DNA of 44,760 bases from Pseudomonadales bacterium (GTDB taxonomy: Bacteria; Pseudomonadota; Gammaproteobacteria; Pseudomonadales; Pseudohongiellaceae): positions 1 through 44,760 of the forward strand of contig JALRBG010000321.1 of NCBI GenBank assembly GCA_023257855.1. Reading direction: 5' to 3'. Below, piece by piece: positions 1 through 9,327 of this stretch. Every line of letters begins with the position of its first letter. Position 1 is the first letter of the stretch. Both the position numbers and the translations under genes were made by a program. Under the pieces are notes generated by a model, which saw nothing but the letters and a program-made list of their open reading frames with translations, was not told the DNA's origin and ran no database searches.

Positions 1-351
1 CGTGGCCACGGGCACGCCGCCCGGCATCTGCAGGATGGAAAGCACCGAATCCCAGCCGTCGATGGAATTGGATGACAGGATCGGCACACCGATCACCGGC
101 AGCGTGGTCAGGGAGGCGACCATGCCGGGCAGGTGCGCGGCGCCGCCGGCGCCGGCAATTATGCAGCGCAGGCCGCGCTCGGCGGCGGTCTTGCCGTATT
201 CCACCATGGCTTCGGGCGTGCGGTGGGCGGAAACCACGGCAATTTCCGTGTCGATGCCGAATTCGGCCAGCATGTCGGCGGCCTGCTGCATGACATCCAG
301 GTCCGAACTGCTGCCCATGATAATGCCTACCTTGTGCACTACTTTACTCAT
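1..351 (-). CDS. purE: N5-carboxyaminoimidazole ribonucleotide mutase PurE, 3' end cut by the window edge
   Basis: Absent from the ORF track because it runs off the window. Reverse-strand ATG at 351-349. My translation [90 protein letters not shown] carries PurE signatures (GSx[17 protein letters not shown]). The start overlaps the purK stop in ATGA. Confidence 0.9.
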   Translation of the reverse strand, partial: MSKVVHKVGIIMGSSSDLDVMQQAADMLAEFGIDTEIAVVSAHRTPEAMVEYGKTAAERGLRCIIAGAGGAAHLPGMVASLTTLPVIGVPILSSNSIDGWDSVLSILQMPGGVPVAT

Positions 352-1487
352 GCGATTACCCTGATTGCTTTCTTCACCTGCTCGACCTTGGCGCGCAGGC
401 TGGTGATATCGTTGTCGACGATCGTGATGTGGCCCATTTTGCGGTGCGGGCGCGTTTGCTGCTTGCCGTAGAGGAAGATGCTGGCACCATCGATACGCAG
501 CAGCGTATCCAGACCCTCGTACACGGCAGGTCCAGTATAGCCCGCTTCTCCCAGCAGGTTCACCATGGCGGATGGCATCATGATGGCCGTCGAGCCCAGC
601 GGCAGGCCGAAGATGGCGCGCAGGTGCTGTTCGTACTGGGAGGTCACATTGGCATTGATGGTCTGGTGACCGCTGTTGTGCGGACGCGGCGCCACTTCGT
701 TTACCAGCACCTCGCCATCCTTCGTGACGAACATTTCCACTGCCAGCAGGCCGACGATACCGAAGGCTTCGACGACCTGGCGGGCGATATTCTCGGCTTT
801 CTCCTCGATCTCCGGTGCAACATGGCTGGGGGCGATGAGGTAGTCCACCAGGTTGTGCTCGGGATGGAACACGCATTCCACCGCCGGGAACACGCTCACC
901 TCACCCTTGCTGTTACGGGCGGCGATGACGGAGACCTCGCAGTCGAAATCCACCAGCTTTTCCAGCAGGCCGGGCGCATCGAAGGCCTTGTCGAGGTCCC
1001 CTGCCCCGTTCAGCCGCTGCACGCCGCCGCCGTCGTAGCCGCCGGTGCCGAGCTTGTTGAAGGCCGGCAGGAAATCCAGGTGCTTGCTTATGTCAGCGAG
1101 GCCGTCCACCAGCACGAAATCGGCGGTGGGTATACCGTGGTCACGGTAGAACTGCTTCTGGGTGCGCTTGTCCTTGATGATGGCCACGATGTCGGGCTGG
1201 GGATAGACCACCACGCCCTCGGATTCGAGCTTGCGCAGGGCGTCCACGTTGACGTTCTCGATCTCGATGGTGAGCATGTCCATCGACTTGCCGAACTGGT
1301 AGACGGTATCGAAATCGGTGATGTCGCCGACGCGGAAGGCGCTGGCCACCTCGGCGCAGGGCGCGCCGGCATCCCGGTCCATGACCGTGGTATGGATATT
1401 GAAGTTGGTGCAGGCCTGTATCAGCATGCGGCCGAGTTGTCCGCCGCCGAGAATGCCGAGTTTCAGGTCCTGGTGAAATGCTTTCAT
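348..1487 (-). CDS. purK: N5-carboxyaminoimidazole ribonucleotide synthase PurK (ATP-grasp)
   Basis: 379-aa ORF with the N-terminal [11 protein letters not shown] loop and an ATP-grasp core typical of PurK. It is coupled to purE by a 4-nt ATGA overlap. The + strand ORF 429..1556 is its antisense shadow. Confidence 0.9.
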   Translation of the reverse strand: MKAFHQDLKLGILGGGQLGRMLIQACTNFNIHTTVMDRDAGAPCAEVASAFRVGDITDFDTVYQFGKSMDMLTIEIENVNVDALRKLESEGVVVYPQPDIVAIIKDKRTQKQFYRDHGIPTADFVLVDGLADISKHLDFLPAFNKLGTGGYDGGGVQRLNGAGDLDKAFDAPGLLEKLVDFDCEVSVIAARNSKGEVSVFPAVECVFHPEHNLVDYLIAPSHVAPEIEEKAENIARQVVEAFGIVGLLAVEMFVTKDGEVLVNEVAPRPHNSGHQTINANVTSQYEQHLRAIFGLPLGSTAIMMPSAMVNLLGEAGYTGPAVYEGLDTLLRIDGASIFLYGKQQTRPHRKMGHITIVDNDITSLRAKVEQVKKAIRVIA

Positions 1488-1607
1488 GAAGCCCTTGCCG
1501 GACGCGGAATGCGCGTCTTTTCGTCAGGAAAGCGGCGCATCATACCACCAGAGTGAGTGGAAGGAAACAGCTAAAAGCCCTTGATTTAACTGGGGTTTAT
1601 TGCACCT

Positions 1608-2576
1608 TTACAGTGCGGGTTCGCCCAATTCCGCCAGGTCGATGCGAAACAGGTCGCGCTGCTCGTTGGTCAGGATCAGCGTGGCATCATCGTCCCAGAT
1701 CACGCTCTCCACCTGCCTGAGTACCCGGGTGTCCAGCGGATAGCGGCGAGCCGTGGAGGACAGCCAGGCATCCCCGCTTTCGGGCCTGTCAAAAATCCAC
1801 AGGTCCTCGTAGGAGATCACCGCCAGGCGCTGCCCGTCCGGGGACAGTTCCGCCCCGGTGGCGGTCAGGATGTCCGGGTTGTTGTCGATAAGCACCAGGT
1901 CATTGGGCTTGTCGGTAAATTCGGTGTCCAGCCGGTACAGGTTGGCGCCGGCCTGGTAGCGGCCAAAGCCGCCGCGATGCTTGGTGATGAGATACAGCCT
2001 GCCGTCGGCGCTGAACAGCGCCTCGCTGTCGTAGTAAAGCTCGCCGCCAACCGGAGAAAAGGACACCTGTTCGGGGTAACGCACCGGCATGGCCTTGATG
2101 GCCGCGGACTGGGTGGAGGCCGTCGGATCGATCTCACTCAGGGCATAGATGACCAGGTCGCGGCGGTTGTTGCCGTTGTTGCCCGTATCGGCCACGTACA
2201 GGTAATTGTCGTCCACTGTCATGTCTTCCCAGTCGACATTGGTGGTGTACAGCACGCGGAAACCCGGCCAGGGATCCTTGCCGCGTTCGCGCTCTTCCCC
2301 GTAATAGGAAAATTTCGAAAAGGTCGGGATAAGGGTCTGGCCGTCACGATTGATGGCGAACAGGCGCGCATCGTTGCCGGAATCGTTCACCACCCAGTAC
2401 GTGTTCGGGTAGGAACGGCTCTTCACCATGCCGCTCACCTCGGTGAGCCCCTGAGCCGTGATGCGCGCGGCAAGGACGGGCGCGAGCCGGCCGGCAGGCT
2501 GGCTGTGCGCCTGCAGGAAAGCGATAGCGGCGATGATGCCGGCCACCGACAGGGCTGTGTAGGCGAGCTTGGTCAT
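1608..2576 (-). CDS. secreted beta-propeller-like protein of unknown function
   Basis: 322-aa ORF with an N-terminal hydrophobic signal-like segment (LSVAGIIAAIAFLQA). A YVADTGNNGNNRRD motif resembles NHL/YjiK-type propeller repeats. Family assignment is by eye only. Confidence 0.55.
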   Translation of the reverse strand: MTKLAYTALSVAGIIAAIAFLQAHSQPAGRLAPVLAARITAQGLTEVSGMVKSRSYPNTYWVVNDSGNDARLFAINRDGQTLIPTFSKFSYYGEERERGKDPWPGFRVLYTTNVDWEDMTVDDNYLYVADTGNNGNNRRDLVIYALSEIDPTASTQSAAIKAMPVRYPEQVSFSPVGGELYYDSEALFSADGRLYLITKHRGGFGRYQAGANLYRLDTEFTDKPNDLVLIDNNPDILTATGAELSPDGQRLAVISYEDLWIFDRPESGDAWLSSTARRYPLDTRVLRQVESVIWDDDATLILTNEQRDLFRIDLAELGEPAL

Positions 2577-2611
2577 GGCTGTTTACGAAATGAATCTGGC
2601 CTGCACGTAAT

Positions 2612-2645
2612 AAGGGGCGTTACCAACATTTGGAAAACGCCCCTT
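2612..2645 (-). terminator. hairpin downstream of the quinohaemoprotein dehydrogenase gene
   Basis: Perfect 10-bp inverted repeat AAGGGGCGTT (2612-2621) / AACGCCCCTT (2636-2645) with a 14-nt loop, 27 nt after the stop at 2672. The T tail on the minus strand is weak. Confidence 0.45.
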
Positions 2646-2671
2646 CCACATTCTTTGTTTTAGCGGAATGA

Positions 2672-4861
2672 TTATTCGTGCAGTTCCGCGTCTTCCTCTT
2701 CCTCTGCTGGCGCCGGAGCCGGAGGGGGCGCCGGTCTGCCGAAGGCTGGCGGTGGATTGTCCTTGGCAAAATTGGACAGGCTCACCACGTAGGCGCGAAT
2801 GGCGTCGGCATCGTCCGCATCCAGGAACTCCCTGAAGGACACCATGCCGTTGTTCTGCAATGCACCGTCAATGACGATGGCGCTGAACAGCTCGGCGCTG
2901 TTGAGGGCCGGTGAGTATTTCAGGTCCGGGAACAGGCTGCTGACGCGGCCGTTGTTGCCGTGGCAGCTCGCGCAGTGTTCGTTGTAGTGCTGCTCACCTG
3001 CCGCCAGTAGTGTTTCATCGCCGAAGTTGGCAGGCGGGTTCAGTTCCGGCGGCGTATAGCTCAGCATCTCCGGCAGCATCGCATCGCCGTCCAGCGTGTA
3101 CACGAGCAGGCGCGAATAACTGGGCGCGCGATAGGCGTTGGGACCGAAGCCACCGCCCTGCCCGGCCACCACCGCGATGTACTGCTTGCCATCGATGGCA
3201 TAACTGGCGGCGCCGCCGACGATGCCGGACTGCGTATCCGTGGTCCAGATCTTGTCACCGGTGTCGGCACGGAACGCCGAGAAGGTGCGATCCGCGGTGC
3301 CCTGGAATACCAGGTTGCCGGCCGTGGTCAGTACGCCGGAGCGGGAGCCGCCCTGGCGCTGCTGCCACACAGGTTCTTTTGCTACCGGGTCCCACGCCAG
3401 CAGGTAGGAGCCCGCCCCTTCCAGTTCCGGCGCCGGATCCTGCGGCCGCTTGCCCACATTGATGGACAACAGCTGGTTGCCCATTTTCGCACCGGCTTCG
3501 GCCACCAGCGGGAAGCTGCCGTAGTTGGTGGGGATGTACATGTATCCGGTGTCCGGATTAAACGCCATCGGGTGCCAGGAGTGCGCACCGCCGGCAGACG
3601 GTACCACATGGAAGCCGCGGTCGCCGAACGCGCCGTAGTTGGCGTCCGGGTTGATGACAGGGCGGAAGTTCTCGTCGAAACCCAGCATCCAGTTGGCGGT
3701 GGGTACATAGAGGTCGGCCGACAGGACTTCACCGGTGGCGACTTCGATGACATAGAACACGCCATTCTTTGGCGCCTGCATGACGACATGGCGCTCCACC
3801 CCGTCGATGACCAGGTCGGCAGTGGTTAGCTGCTGGGTGTTGTCAAAATCCCAGCTGTCCATCGGCGTGGCCTGGTAATGCCAGCGATATTCGCCGGTGG
3901 TGGCGTCCAGCGCCACGATGGAAGCGGTAAAGAGGTTGTCACCGCCGCCCGGTGAACGAATTTCGGCAGGCCACGGTGCACCGTTGCCGGTGCCGATGAT
4001 GACCATGTCGGTTTCCGGGTCATACACAATGCCGTCCCAGGGCGTGCCGCCGCCACCGGTTTCCCACCAGTCGCCGTTCCAGGTATCGGCGGCCCAGGCC
4101 AGTTCCGGTTGCTCGAATCCGAGCTCCGGATTGCCAGGCACCGCCCACCAGCGCCACAGTTCCTCACCGGTATAGGCATCGTAGGAAGCCAGATAGCCGC
4201 GCATGTGGAATTCGGAGCCGGCTTCACCGATGAAGATGCGGCCGTTGGCGATGCGCGGCGCACCGGTGATAGACAACTGCTTGCTGCGGTCGGTGGCCTG
4301 TTTTTCCCAGACCAGCTCACCGGTTTCTGCGTTGACGGCAACCAGGCGGCCGTCGAGCGTGCCCCAGATCACCATGCCGTCCCAGGTGGCGACACCGCGA
4401 TTGACGATGCCACAGCACAGGTTCACCGCCCACTCACCCGGTACTTCCGGATCGTACTTCCACAGCTGTTCGCCGGTAGCAGCATCGAAGGCGTAGACCT
4501 TGCTCCAGGGCGCAGACACGTAGATGCGCCCGTCGTAGACCACCGGCGTGGTTTCGTAGGCGCCGCCCTTCTCCGCCAGGTCCGCATACCAGCCCAGGCT
4601 GAGCTGGTCGATATTGTCGGCGTTCACCTGGTCAAGCGGGCTGTAGCGCTGCTCTGAGTAGTCGCGGCCATAGGCTGGCCACTGGCCCGGATCGGCCATG
4701 GCCTCGACTGTGCCGGGCGCGGTCGCGGCCAGCGCGGGCACCGAGCCCGCCGCAGCGGTATCGGAGGTTGTGGCAGCAGGCGTGCCTGAATCACCGCAAC
4801 CAGAAAGGGCGATGGCCAGGAACGATACGGCAAAAAGCCGGTTGGGATTAAGGTAATGCAT
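2672..4861 (-). CDS. PQQ-dependent quinohaemoprotein alcohol dehydrogenase (type II-like, C-terminal cytochrome c domain), predicted lipoprotein
   Basis: PQQ propeller signatures are present: WPAYGRDYSEQRYSPLDQVNADN and the vicinal Cys pair in NLCCGIVNRG. A C-terminal CASCHG haem motif is present. I place the start at ATG 4861 (MHYLNPN..., RBS AAGGGGAG upstream) rather than 4906. The lipobox is ALSGC. The protein ends in a Pro/Ala-rich then acidic tail, PPAPAPAEEEEDAELHE. Confidence 0.88.
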   Translation of the reverse strand: MHYLNPNRLFAVSFLAIALSGCGDSGTPAATTSDTAAAGSVPALAATAPGTVEAMADPGQWPAYGRDYSEQRYSPLDQVNADNIDQLSLGWYADLAEKGGAYETTPVVYDGRIYVSAPWSKVYAFDAATGEQLWKYDPEVPGEWAVNLCCGIVNRGVATWDGMVIWGTLDGRLVAVNAETGELVWEKQATDRSKQLSITGAPRIANGRIFIGEAGSEFHMRGYLASYDAYTGEELWRWWAVPGNPELGFEQPELAWAADTWNGDWWETGGGGTPWDGIVYDPETDMVIIGTGNGAPWPAEIRSPGGGDNLFTASIVALDATTGEYRWHYQATPMDSWDFDNTQQLTTADLVIDGVERHVVMQAPKNGVFYVIEVATGEVLSADLYVPTANWMLGFDENFRPVINPDANYGAFGDRGFHVVPSAGGAHSWHPMAFNPDTGYMYIPTNYGSFPLVAEAGAKMGNQLLSINVGKRPQDPAPELEGAGSYLLAWDPVAKEPVWQQRQGGSRSGVLTTAGNLVFQGTADRTFSAFRADTGDKIWTTDTQSGIVGGAASYAIDGKQYIAVVAGQGGGFGPNAYRAPSYSRLLVYTLDGDAMLPEMLSYTPPELNPPANFGDETLLAAGEQHYNEHCASCHGNNGRVSSLFPDLKYSPALNSAELFSAIVIDGALQNNGMVSFREFLDADDADAIRAYVVSLSNFAKDNPPPAFGRPAPPPAPAPAEEEEDAELHE

Positions 4862-5052
4862 GCGTGAACTCCCCTTGTGCGTGCATAAGCATATGACAGC
4901 GCACAATGTTACCCGCTAGCGCGGTTAGCGCAAAGGATTGAAAAATCCCGCTTCAGTAAAGCAGGCGTCGTGATCCGGCCGGGCATTGCTGGACGCCACC
5001 GGATCAGGCGATTATTCTCGCCTGATGCACTGGAAGCAGTAAAAAGCGAGTC

Positions 5053-5496
5053 ATGGATATTGCCATCACCAAACTGTCCGACGCCGAGCATCGCGTCAGT
5101 ATCACCCGTCGTGACGGTTCTACGGAATCGGCGACGATGGTGACCCGTGAGTTCCTGCGCCATGATTTTGCGCACTTCATCGTGGAAACCGAGGTGCCGG
5201 TAGCACTGGGCTACTGGGGCTGTGTAGCGGGGGGCGCCTCCCTGACAGGTGAAGGCACTGGCGGTTGGGACATCGCCTTCGCCGAGACCCTGGCGGGCCC
5301 GGTGCAGACGCTGATGCGACTCGAGGCGACGTCGGACCAGTATCTGGACATGCTGGAACGGATTCAGCCGCAGATCGCGACACAGGACCTCGCGCAGCGT
5401 ATCTTTGAATTCGCACGCCAGCTGGCCGGACAATGGCGTGCGACGCCCTTTGGCGAAACCATGCACTTTGAGTGGCAGGAACAAGATACAAAATGA
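5053..5496 (+). CDS. hypothetical protein
   Basis: 147-aa ORF with coding-like codon usage and no recognisable family. Its RBS is weak. A perfect 9-bp hairpin (ATCAGGCGA / TCGCCTGAT, 5003-5026) lies 27 nt upstream. The competing minus ORF 4909..5598 looks spurious. Confidence 0.5.
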   Translation: MDIAITKLSDAEHRVSITRRDGSTESATMVTREFLRHDFAHFIVETEVPVALGYWGCVAGGASLTGEGTGGWDIAFAETLAGPVQTLMRLEATSDQYLDMLERIQPQIATQDLAQRIFEFARQLAGQWRATPFGETMHFEWQEQDTK

Positions 5497-5549
5497 AAGG
5501 TTCTCATATGACACGCCTGGCACAGAATGATTGAATAGAGGTAACAGCC

Positions 5550-5789
5550 ATGAAAACCATGACATGCCGCCAGCTTGGCGGTGCCTGCGACGAAACATTC
5601 ACCGCCGAAACCTTCGAACAGATTGCTGCCCTGAGCCAGCAGCATGGCATGGACATGTTCGAGAAACAGGATGCCGCCCACCTGGCCGCCATGCAGGCGA
5701 TGCATGAACTCATGCATGAGCCGGATGCCATGCAAAAGTGGTACAACGAAAGAAAAGCGGAATTCGAGAACCTGCCCGAAGACGTGTGA
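5550..5789 (+). CDS. DUF1059-like small protein
   Basis: 79 aa. The N-terminus MKTMTCRQLGGACDETFTAETFEQI fits the M-x4-C-x5-C-D-x-F pattern of DUF1059 small proteins. RBS AGAGG upstream. Confidence 0.7.
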   Translation: MKTMTCRQLGGACDETFTAETFEQIAALSQQHGMDMFEKQDAAHLAAMQAMHELMHEPDAMQKWYNERKAEFENLPEDV

Positions 5790-5850
5790 TACCAGCCGCG
5801 CCCAAACCGGCCAGTGAACAAGTCCTGATCGTTAACCGCTGACTTAGTGG

Positions 5851-6588
5851 TCAATAGCCCATGGACTGATTGTAAATGTAGACCGAAAGCGCTTTGATTT
5901 CGGCGGCACTGAGCGTGTCCGCCCAGGCGGGACAGCTTTCGACCCTGCCCCGGGCAATCACATCGAATATCTGCTCCCGGGAATCGCCAAACAACCAGAC
6001 GTCATCAGTAAGGTTCGGTCCGCCGAAAGGCTTGTAGCCGCTGCCGTCCTCGGCATGGCAATCTGCGCAAAGCTCGACCAGGTTGGCGACCCCCTCGACA
6101 GCAGCGGCATCATGGCTTTTACCTGCCAGGCTGAGCACATAATCCACCAGTCCGTTGAGCTGGTCCTCGGTCAGGTCCAGATCCCGGTAACTTGGCATCT
6201 GCGAGTAACGCGTATCGGGACAGCCGCCGTACCGTTTCAGGTCATCATCGCAGTTGGTGTTGCGCACACCGTAAAGAATGGTCTGCATGATTTCGAACAC
6301 CCCTTCCGCCTGGGTCATTTCAAAGCCGGTCATACCCCAGTTCCAGTCGAAATCCACCAGGTTGGGCACCCCGATCCTGCCGGTAAGGTCGGCACCGTGG
6401 CAGCCCGCACAATGCTCGGCGATGGCAGACTGTGCCAATGACTCCATGCGAGCCTTCAATGCCGGCGTGGCCGCAATGACGTCCGGGGATGCCAGCACCA
6501 GGCGATCATCGAGATCGGACTTGGCGAAGCCGGCATGGCAGGCCAGGATGGCAGCAGACAGAAAAAATTTACGGGACAGGGATATCAA
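5851..6588 (-). CDS. dihaem c-type cytochrome (CcoP-like class I domains), secreted
   Basis: 245 aa with a signal peptide (ILACHAGFAKS) and two CXXCH motifs (CAGCHG, CADCHAEDGSG). Confidence 0.85.
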   Translation of the reverse strand: MISLSRKFFLSAAILACHAGFAKSDLDDRLVLASPDVIAATPALKARMESLAQSAIAEHCAGCHGADLTGRIGVPNLVDFDWNWGMTGFEMTQAEGVFEIMQTILYGVRNTNCDDDLKRYGGCPDTRYSQMPSYRDLDLTEDQLNGLVDYVLSLAGKSHDAAAVEGVANLVELCADCHAEDGSGYKPFGGPNLTDDVWLFGDSREQIFDVIARGRVESCPAWADTLSAAEIKALSVYIYNQSMGY

Positions 6589-6688
6589 TCATGGCGCGTC
6601 CTCCTACAGCGGATTGCGTCACTCTACTCCGGTGAACGGCTGGATTGAAGGGTAATTTGGACGTTGGTTGACGGGCGTCAATACCCGG

Positions 6689-7318
6689 TCAGGCCTTGAG
6701 ACCGCGGAGGACGAATTCAATGTGAGCTTCGCAATACTTGTCCATATCGAGTGGCGAGTGGGCATCGAACTGCAGGCGCCAGAGTGCGCTGATCATGGCC
6801 GGTGCTATCAAGATCTGCGTGAACTCCACGGGGAAGGATTCGCGGAATTCACCGCTGGCCACACCCTTCTTGACGACTTTCCTGAGCATTTCCTGGTTGC
6901 GGCTGACCATTTCGCGGAAGAAGAAATCGGCAAGGGTGGGAAAACGCGTGGCTTCACTCATGATGAGCGCGACCAGCTGCGGCATGTTGTCTTCGTTGAG
7001 CGAGGCATACATGCGGCGGATGTGCATGGTCAGCAGCTCGGTTGCCGTGCCCTTGAATTCGGCGGAGAAATGCTCCGCTTCATCGCGCACTGGAAACAGG
7101 TTCTTGCGGATGACTTCCTCGAACAGGCTTTCCTTGCTGTCGAAATAAAGGTAGATGGTGCCCTTGCCGATACCGGCGCGCACCGCCACGTCGTCGAGCT
7201 TGGTTGCGGTGAACCCCTGCAGGATGAATTCCTGGAAGCCGGCGTCGATAATGGCGTGGCGACGAGCTTCTTTTTGAAGCTCGCGTTTGCTCGATATGCG
7301 CTCTTTGACAGCTTCCAC
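6689..7318 (-). CDS. TetR/AcrR family transcriptional regulator
   Basis: 209 aa. The N-terminal HTH region AIIDAGFQEFILQGFTATKLDDVAVRAGIGKGTIYLYFDSKESLF is the canonical TetR signature. Confidence 0.9.
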   Translation of the reverse strand: MEAVKERISSKRELQKEARRHAIIDAGFQEFILQGFTATKLDDVAVRAGIGKGTIYLYFDSKESLFEEVIRKNLFPVRDEAEHFSAEFKGTATELLTMHIRRMYASLNEDNMPQLVALIMSEATRFPTLADFFFREMVSRNQEMLRKVVKKGVASGEFRESFPVEFTQILIAPAMISALWRLQFDAHSPLDMDKYCEAHIEFVLRGLKA

Positions 7319-7330
7319 CTTGGGAGGAAC

Positions 7331-7387
7331 CTAGTTTTGATTACTAGAAAAGGATTTAAATTATAAAACTGACTGACTGGTCAGTCA
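7331..7387. promoter_or_regulatory. two palindromes upstream of the tetR gene (candidate operators)
   Basis: CTAGT-N7-ACTAG lies at 7331-7347. TGACTGAC-TG-GTCAGTCA (8-bp perfect arms) lies at 7370-7387. They sit 13-70 nt upstream of the tetR start at 7318, in an AT-rich spacer. Confidence 0.5.
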
Positions 7388-7557
7388 ATCAAGCGTCCGT
7401 CGGTGTGCCAAACAGACCCGTATTGCAGGACACAGGCACGTCCTCCTGAAGCAATAGAACATGGGATTAGGTCCGCTTTTATAGCAAAATCAGACCTTTT
7501 AATAACGATTAACAGGGTTTGGCAGGGACTTCCACTTCGGGTCGTTAGTAGACCTTG

Positions 7558-8289
7558 TTACTTGAGGTGTTCGTCCAGGAATTCGATGAGCTTTTCCCAG
7601 GCATCTTCACTGGCTGCCTGGTTGAAACGCTCCGGTATGGGAAAGTTCTGAAAGGCGTGCCCCGCCCCGTCGTACTGGTGGAACTGGTGACTGATGCCAG
7701 CGGTCGCAAGGGCGGCGCTGTAATCGTCCACGTCTTGCGGTGAGGGGTTAGTGTCCTCGTTGCCGAAGAAGCCGATTACCGGGCACGGGATGTTGGCGGC
7801 GAGATCGATGGGCGCGATCGCCCCCTCGCCCAAGCCCTTCTTGATATTGCCGCCGTAGAATAGGGCCAGCGCGCGGAACTGGGGGATATGGCAGGCGGCA
7901 AGCCAGGCTACCCGGCCGCCCCAGCAGTGGCCAAGCATGGCGATGCGCTCACCGTCGGCATAGTCCTGTTCGGCCAGCAGGTTGAAGGCAGCGCTGACGT
8001 CCTCGAGCGTCCAGTCGTCGCGACTTTCGGTTTTCTTGGTGTCCATGGACCCGCTTTTCGGCCACCAGTGGAATATGAAGGGTACGGCTACGGCATAACC
8101 GTTATCCGCAAGACGCTGCGCCGTGGTCAACGAGAAGGTGTCGTTCTCGATACCGGTGTGGCCAACCGGAATATGCTGTGCCAGGACGATGCCGGGAAAC
8201 GCACCCTCACCCTCTGGTCGAAACAGGAACACCTCCATCGGCGAGCCCAGTACTTCGAGGGTTTCCACGCTGTAGTTGAATTTGCTCAT
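7558..8289 (-). CDS. dienelactone hydrolase family protein (cytoplasmic)
   Basis: 243 aa with the alpha/beta hydrolase nucleophile motif GHCWGG and overall DLH-like layout. The start overlaps the upstream stop (TGATG). Confidence 0.8.
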   Translation of the reverse strand: MSKFNYSVETLEVLGSPMEVFLFRPEGEGAFPGIVLAQHIPVGHTGIENDTFSLTTAQRLADNGYAVAVPFIFHWWPKSGSMDTKKTESRDDWTLEDVSAAFNLLAEQDYADGERIAMLGHCWGGRVAWLAACHIPQFRALALFYGGNIKKGLGEGAIAPIDLAANIPCPVIGFFGNEDTNPSPQDVDDYSAALATAGISHQFHQYDGAGHAFQNFPIPERFNQAASEDAWEKLIEFLDEHLK

Positions 8290-9275
8290 CAGACGATGTC
8301 CTTTTCACTGACCTTGTGAAGCAAGGCATGGCCCTGGCTGATGCGATGTAGGTTGTCGATGAAGAGATCATCGCTGCGGCTGCGCATGCCGCTGCCGCCG
8401 TTGGAGCAATGCGGGGTGAGCGTGACACGTGGATGATCCCAGAACCAGCTGTCTGCTGGTAGCGGCTCCTCCCGGAATACATCGAGGATGGCGTGAGCCG
8501 GCTTGCCCGCATCCAGGGCGGCGCGCAGGTCCTCCTCAACCACCAGGTCGCCGCGAGCGATATTTACCAGCACCGCACCCTCTTTCATATTCGCCAGGAA
8601 TCCGGCATCGACAACATCATGCGTACGCGCGTTTGACGCACAGGCGAGCACGACAACATCGGACCGCTGCAGCGCCGGCTGCATGTCATCAAGCGAGCAA
8701 ACAGCATCGGCAAGGCCCTCGTCATCCAGGTTGCGCCTGGCGGCGGTGATGTGAACGCCGAACACCTGTGCACGGCGTGCGATTTCCTGCCCGATGTGGC
8801 CGAAGCCGATAATGAGCCAGCGGGTGTTGCCGATTTCGCGGAAATGCCTGTAGACCCAGTCTTTCTCGCGTTGCCGCGTGGCATATCCCGGCAGGTCCTG
8901 GAATAACGACAACACGTGTGCCATGACATACTCGGCGATGGCGATGGCCTGCGAATGGTTGTTGGTAATGGTGAGCCCGCCGCGCAACAGGTCGAGGTAT
9001 GGCCCCTTGTCCAGGCCGGTGTTGATGGTATGCAGCCAGCGCGCTGAGGGGAAGCTGCCGATCATGCCGAGGTAGTCGCGAAACAGGGACGACTTGAACA
9101 GCTCGGAATGAATCCAGAAATACTCGGGCTGGATGTCTTTCGCCGCAACCGGTTTACCGGCATGGGTAATCTGGCCCTGCTCGTTGATAAGCACGATATC
9201 CAGCCCGGGCGCGGCCTGCTCGATGCGCTCCCGGAGGCGTTCAAAGGATGGTTGGTAAAACAGCGCCTGGCTCAT
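8289..9275 (-). CDS. D-isomer-specific 2-hydroxyacid dehydrogenase family, NAD-binding
   Basis: 328 aa with GFGHIGQEIARRA (GxGxxG), NIARGDLVVEEDL and the TPHCSN catalytic His region. Confidence 0.8.
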   Translation of the reverse strand: MSQALFYQPSFERLRERIEQAAPGLDIVLINEQGQITHAGKPVAAKDIQPEYFWIHSELFKSSLFRDYLGMIGSFPSARWLHTINTGLDKGPYLDLLRGGLTITNNHSQAIAIAEYVMAHVLSLFQDLPGYATRQREKDWVYRHFREIGNTRWLIIGFGHIGQEIARRAQVFGVHITAARRNLDDEGLADAVCSLDDMQPALQRSDVVVLACASNARTHDVVDAGFLANMKEGAVLVNIARGDLVVEEDLRAALDAGKPAHAILDVFREEPLPADSWFWDHPRVTLTPHCSNGGSGMRSRSDDLFIDNLHRISQGHALLHKVSEKDIV

Positions 9276-9286
9276 GATAAGGAACA

Positions 9287-9310
9287 GCCGCCGGCATCAG
9301 TGCCGGCGGC
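9287..9310 (-). other. intercistronic GC-rich hairpin between the dioxygenase and dehydrogenase genes
   Basis: Perfect 10-bp stem GCCGCCGGCA / TGCCGGCGGC with a 4-nt loop. No clear U-tract follows, so it could be an attenuator or mRNA-stabilising structure rather than a full terminator. Confidence 0.5.
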
Positions 9311-9327
9311 CGGTTAGCAGGTGGGTA

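Noticed and set aside
429-1556. Long ORFs on the strand opposite well-supported genes. Examples are 429..1556 (+), 9406..10224 (+), 12004..13008 (+), 15695..17581 (+), 18034..20025 (-), 21609..23576 (+), 26469..27446 (+) and 43433..44446 (+).
   Set aside because: These are typical antisense shadow ORFs of GC-rich DNA. Their translations are Arg/Gly/Ala/His-rich with no domain signatures. The opposite strand encodes recognisable families (PurK, dioxygenase, ThDP enzyme, GlcB, PQQ enzymes, amidohydrolase, PrpF).
4909-5598. 229-aa minus-strand ORF spanning the gap between the PQQ ADH gene and the DUF1059 gene.
   Set aside because: It has no RBS and an odd composition. It overlaps two plus-strand ORFs, one of which (DUF1059-like) is recognisable. 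I treat it as spurious.
6668-6681. TTGACG-GG-CGTCAA palindrome just downstream of the tetR stop.
   Set aside because: The arms are too short, and the 2-nt spacer cannot form an RNA hairpin loop. No second copy was seen. It is not reportable as a feature without binding data.
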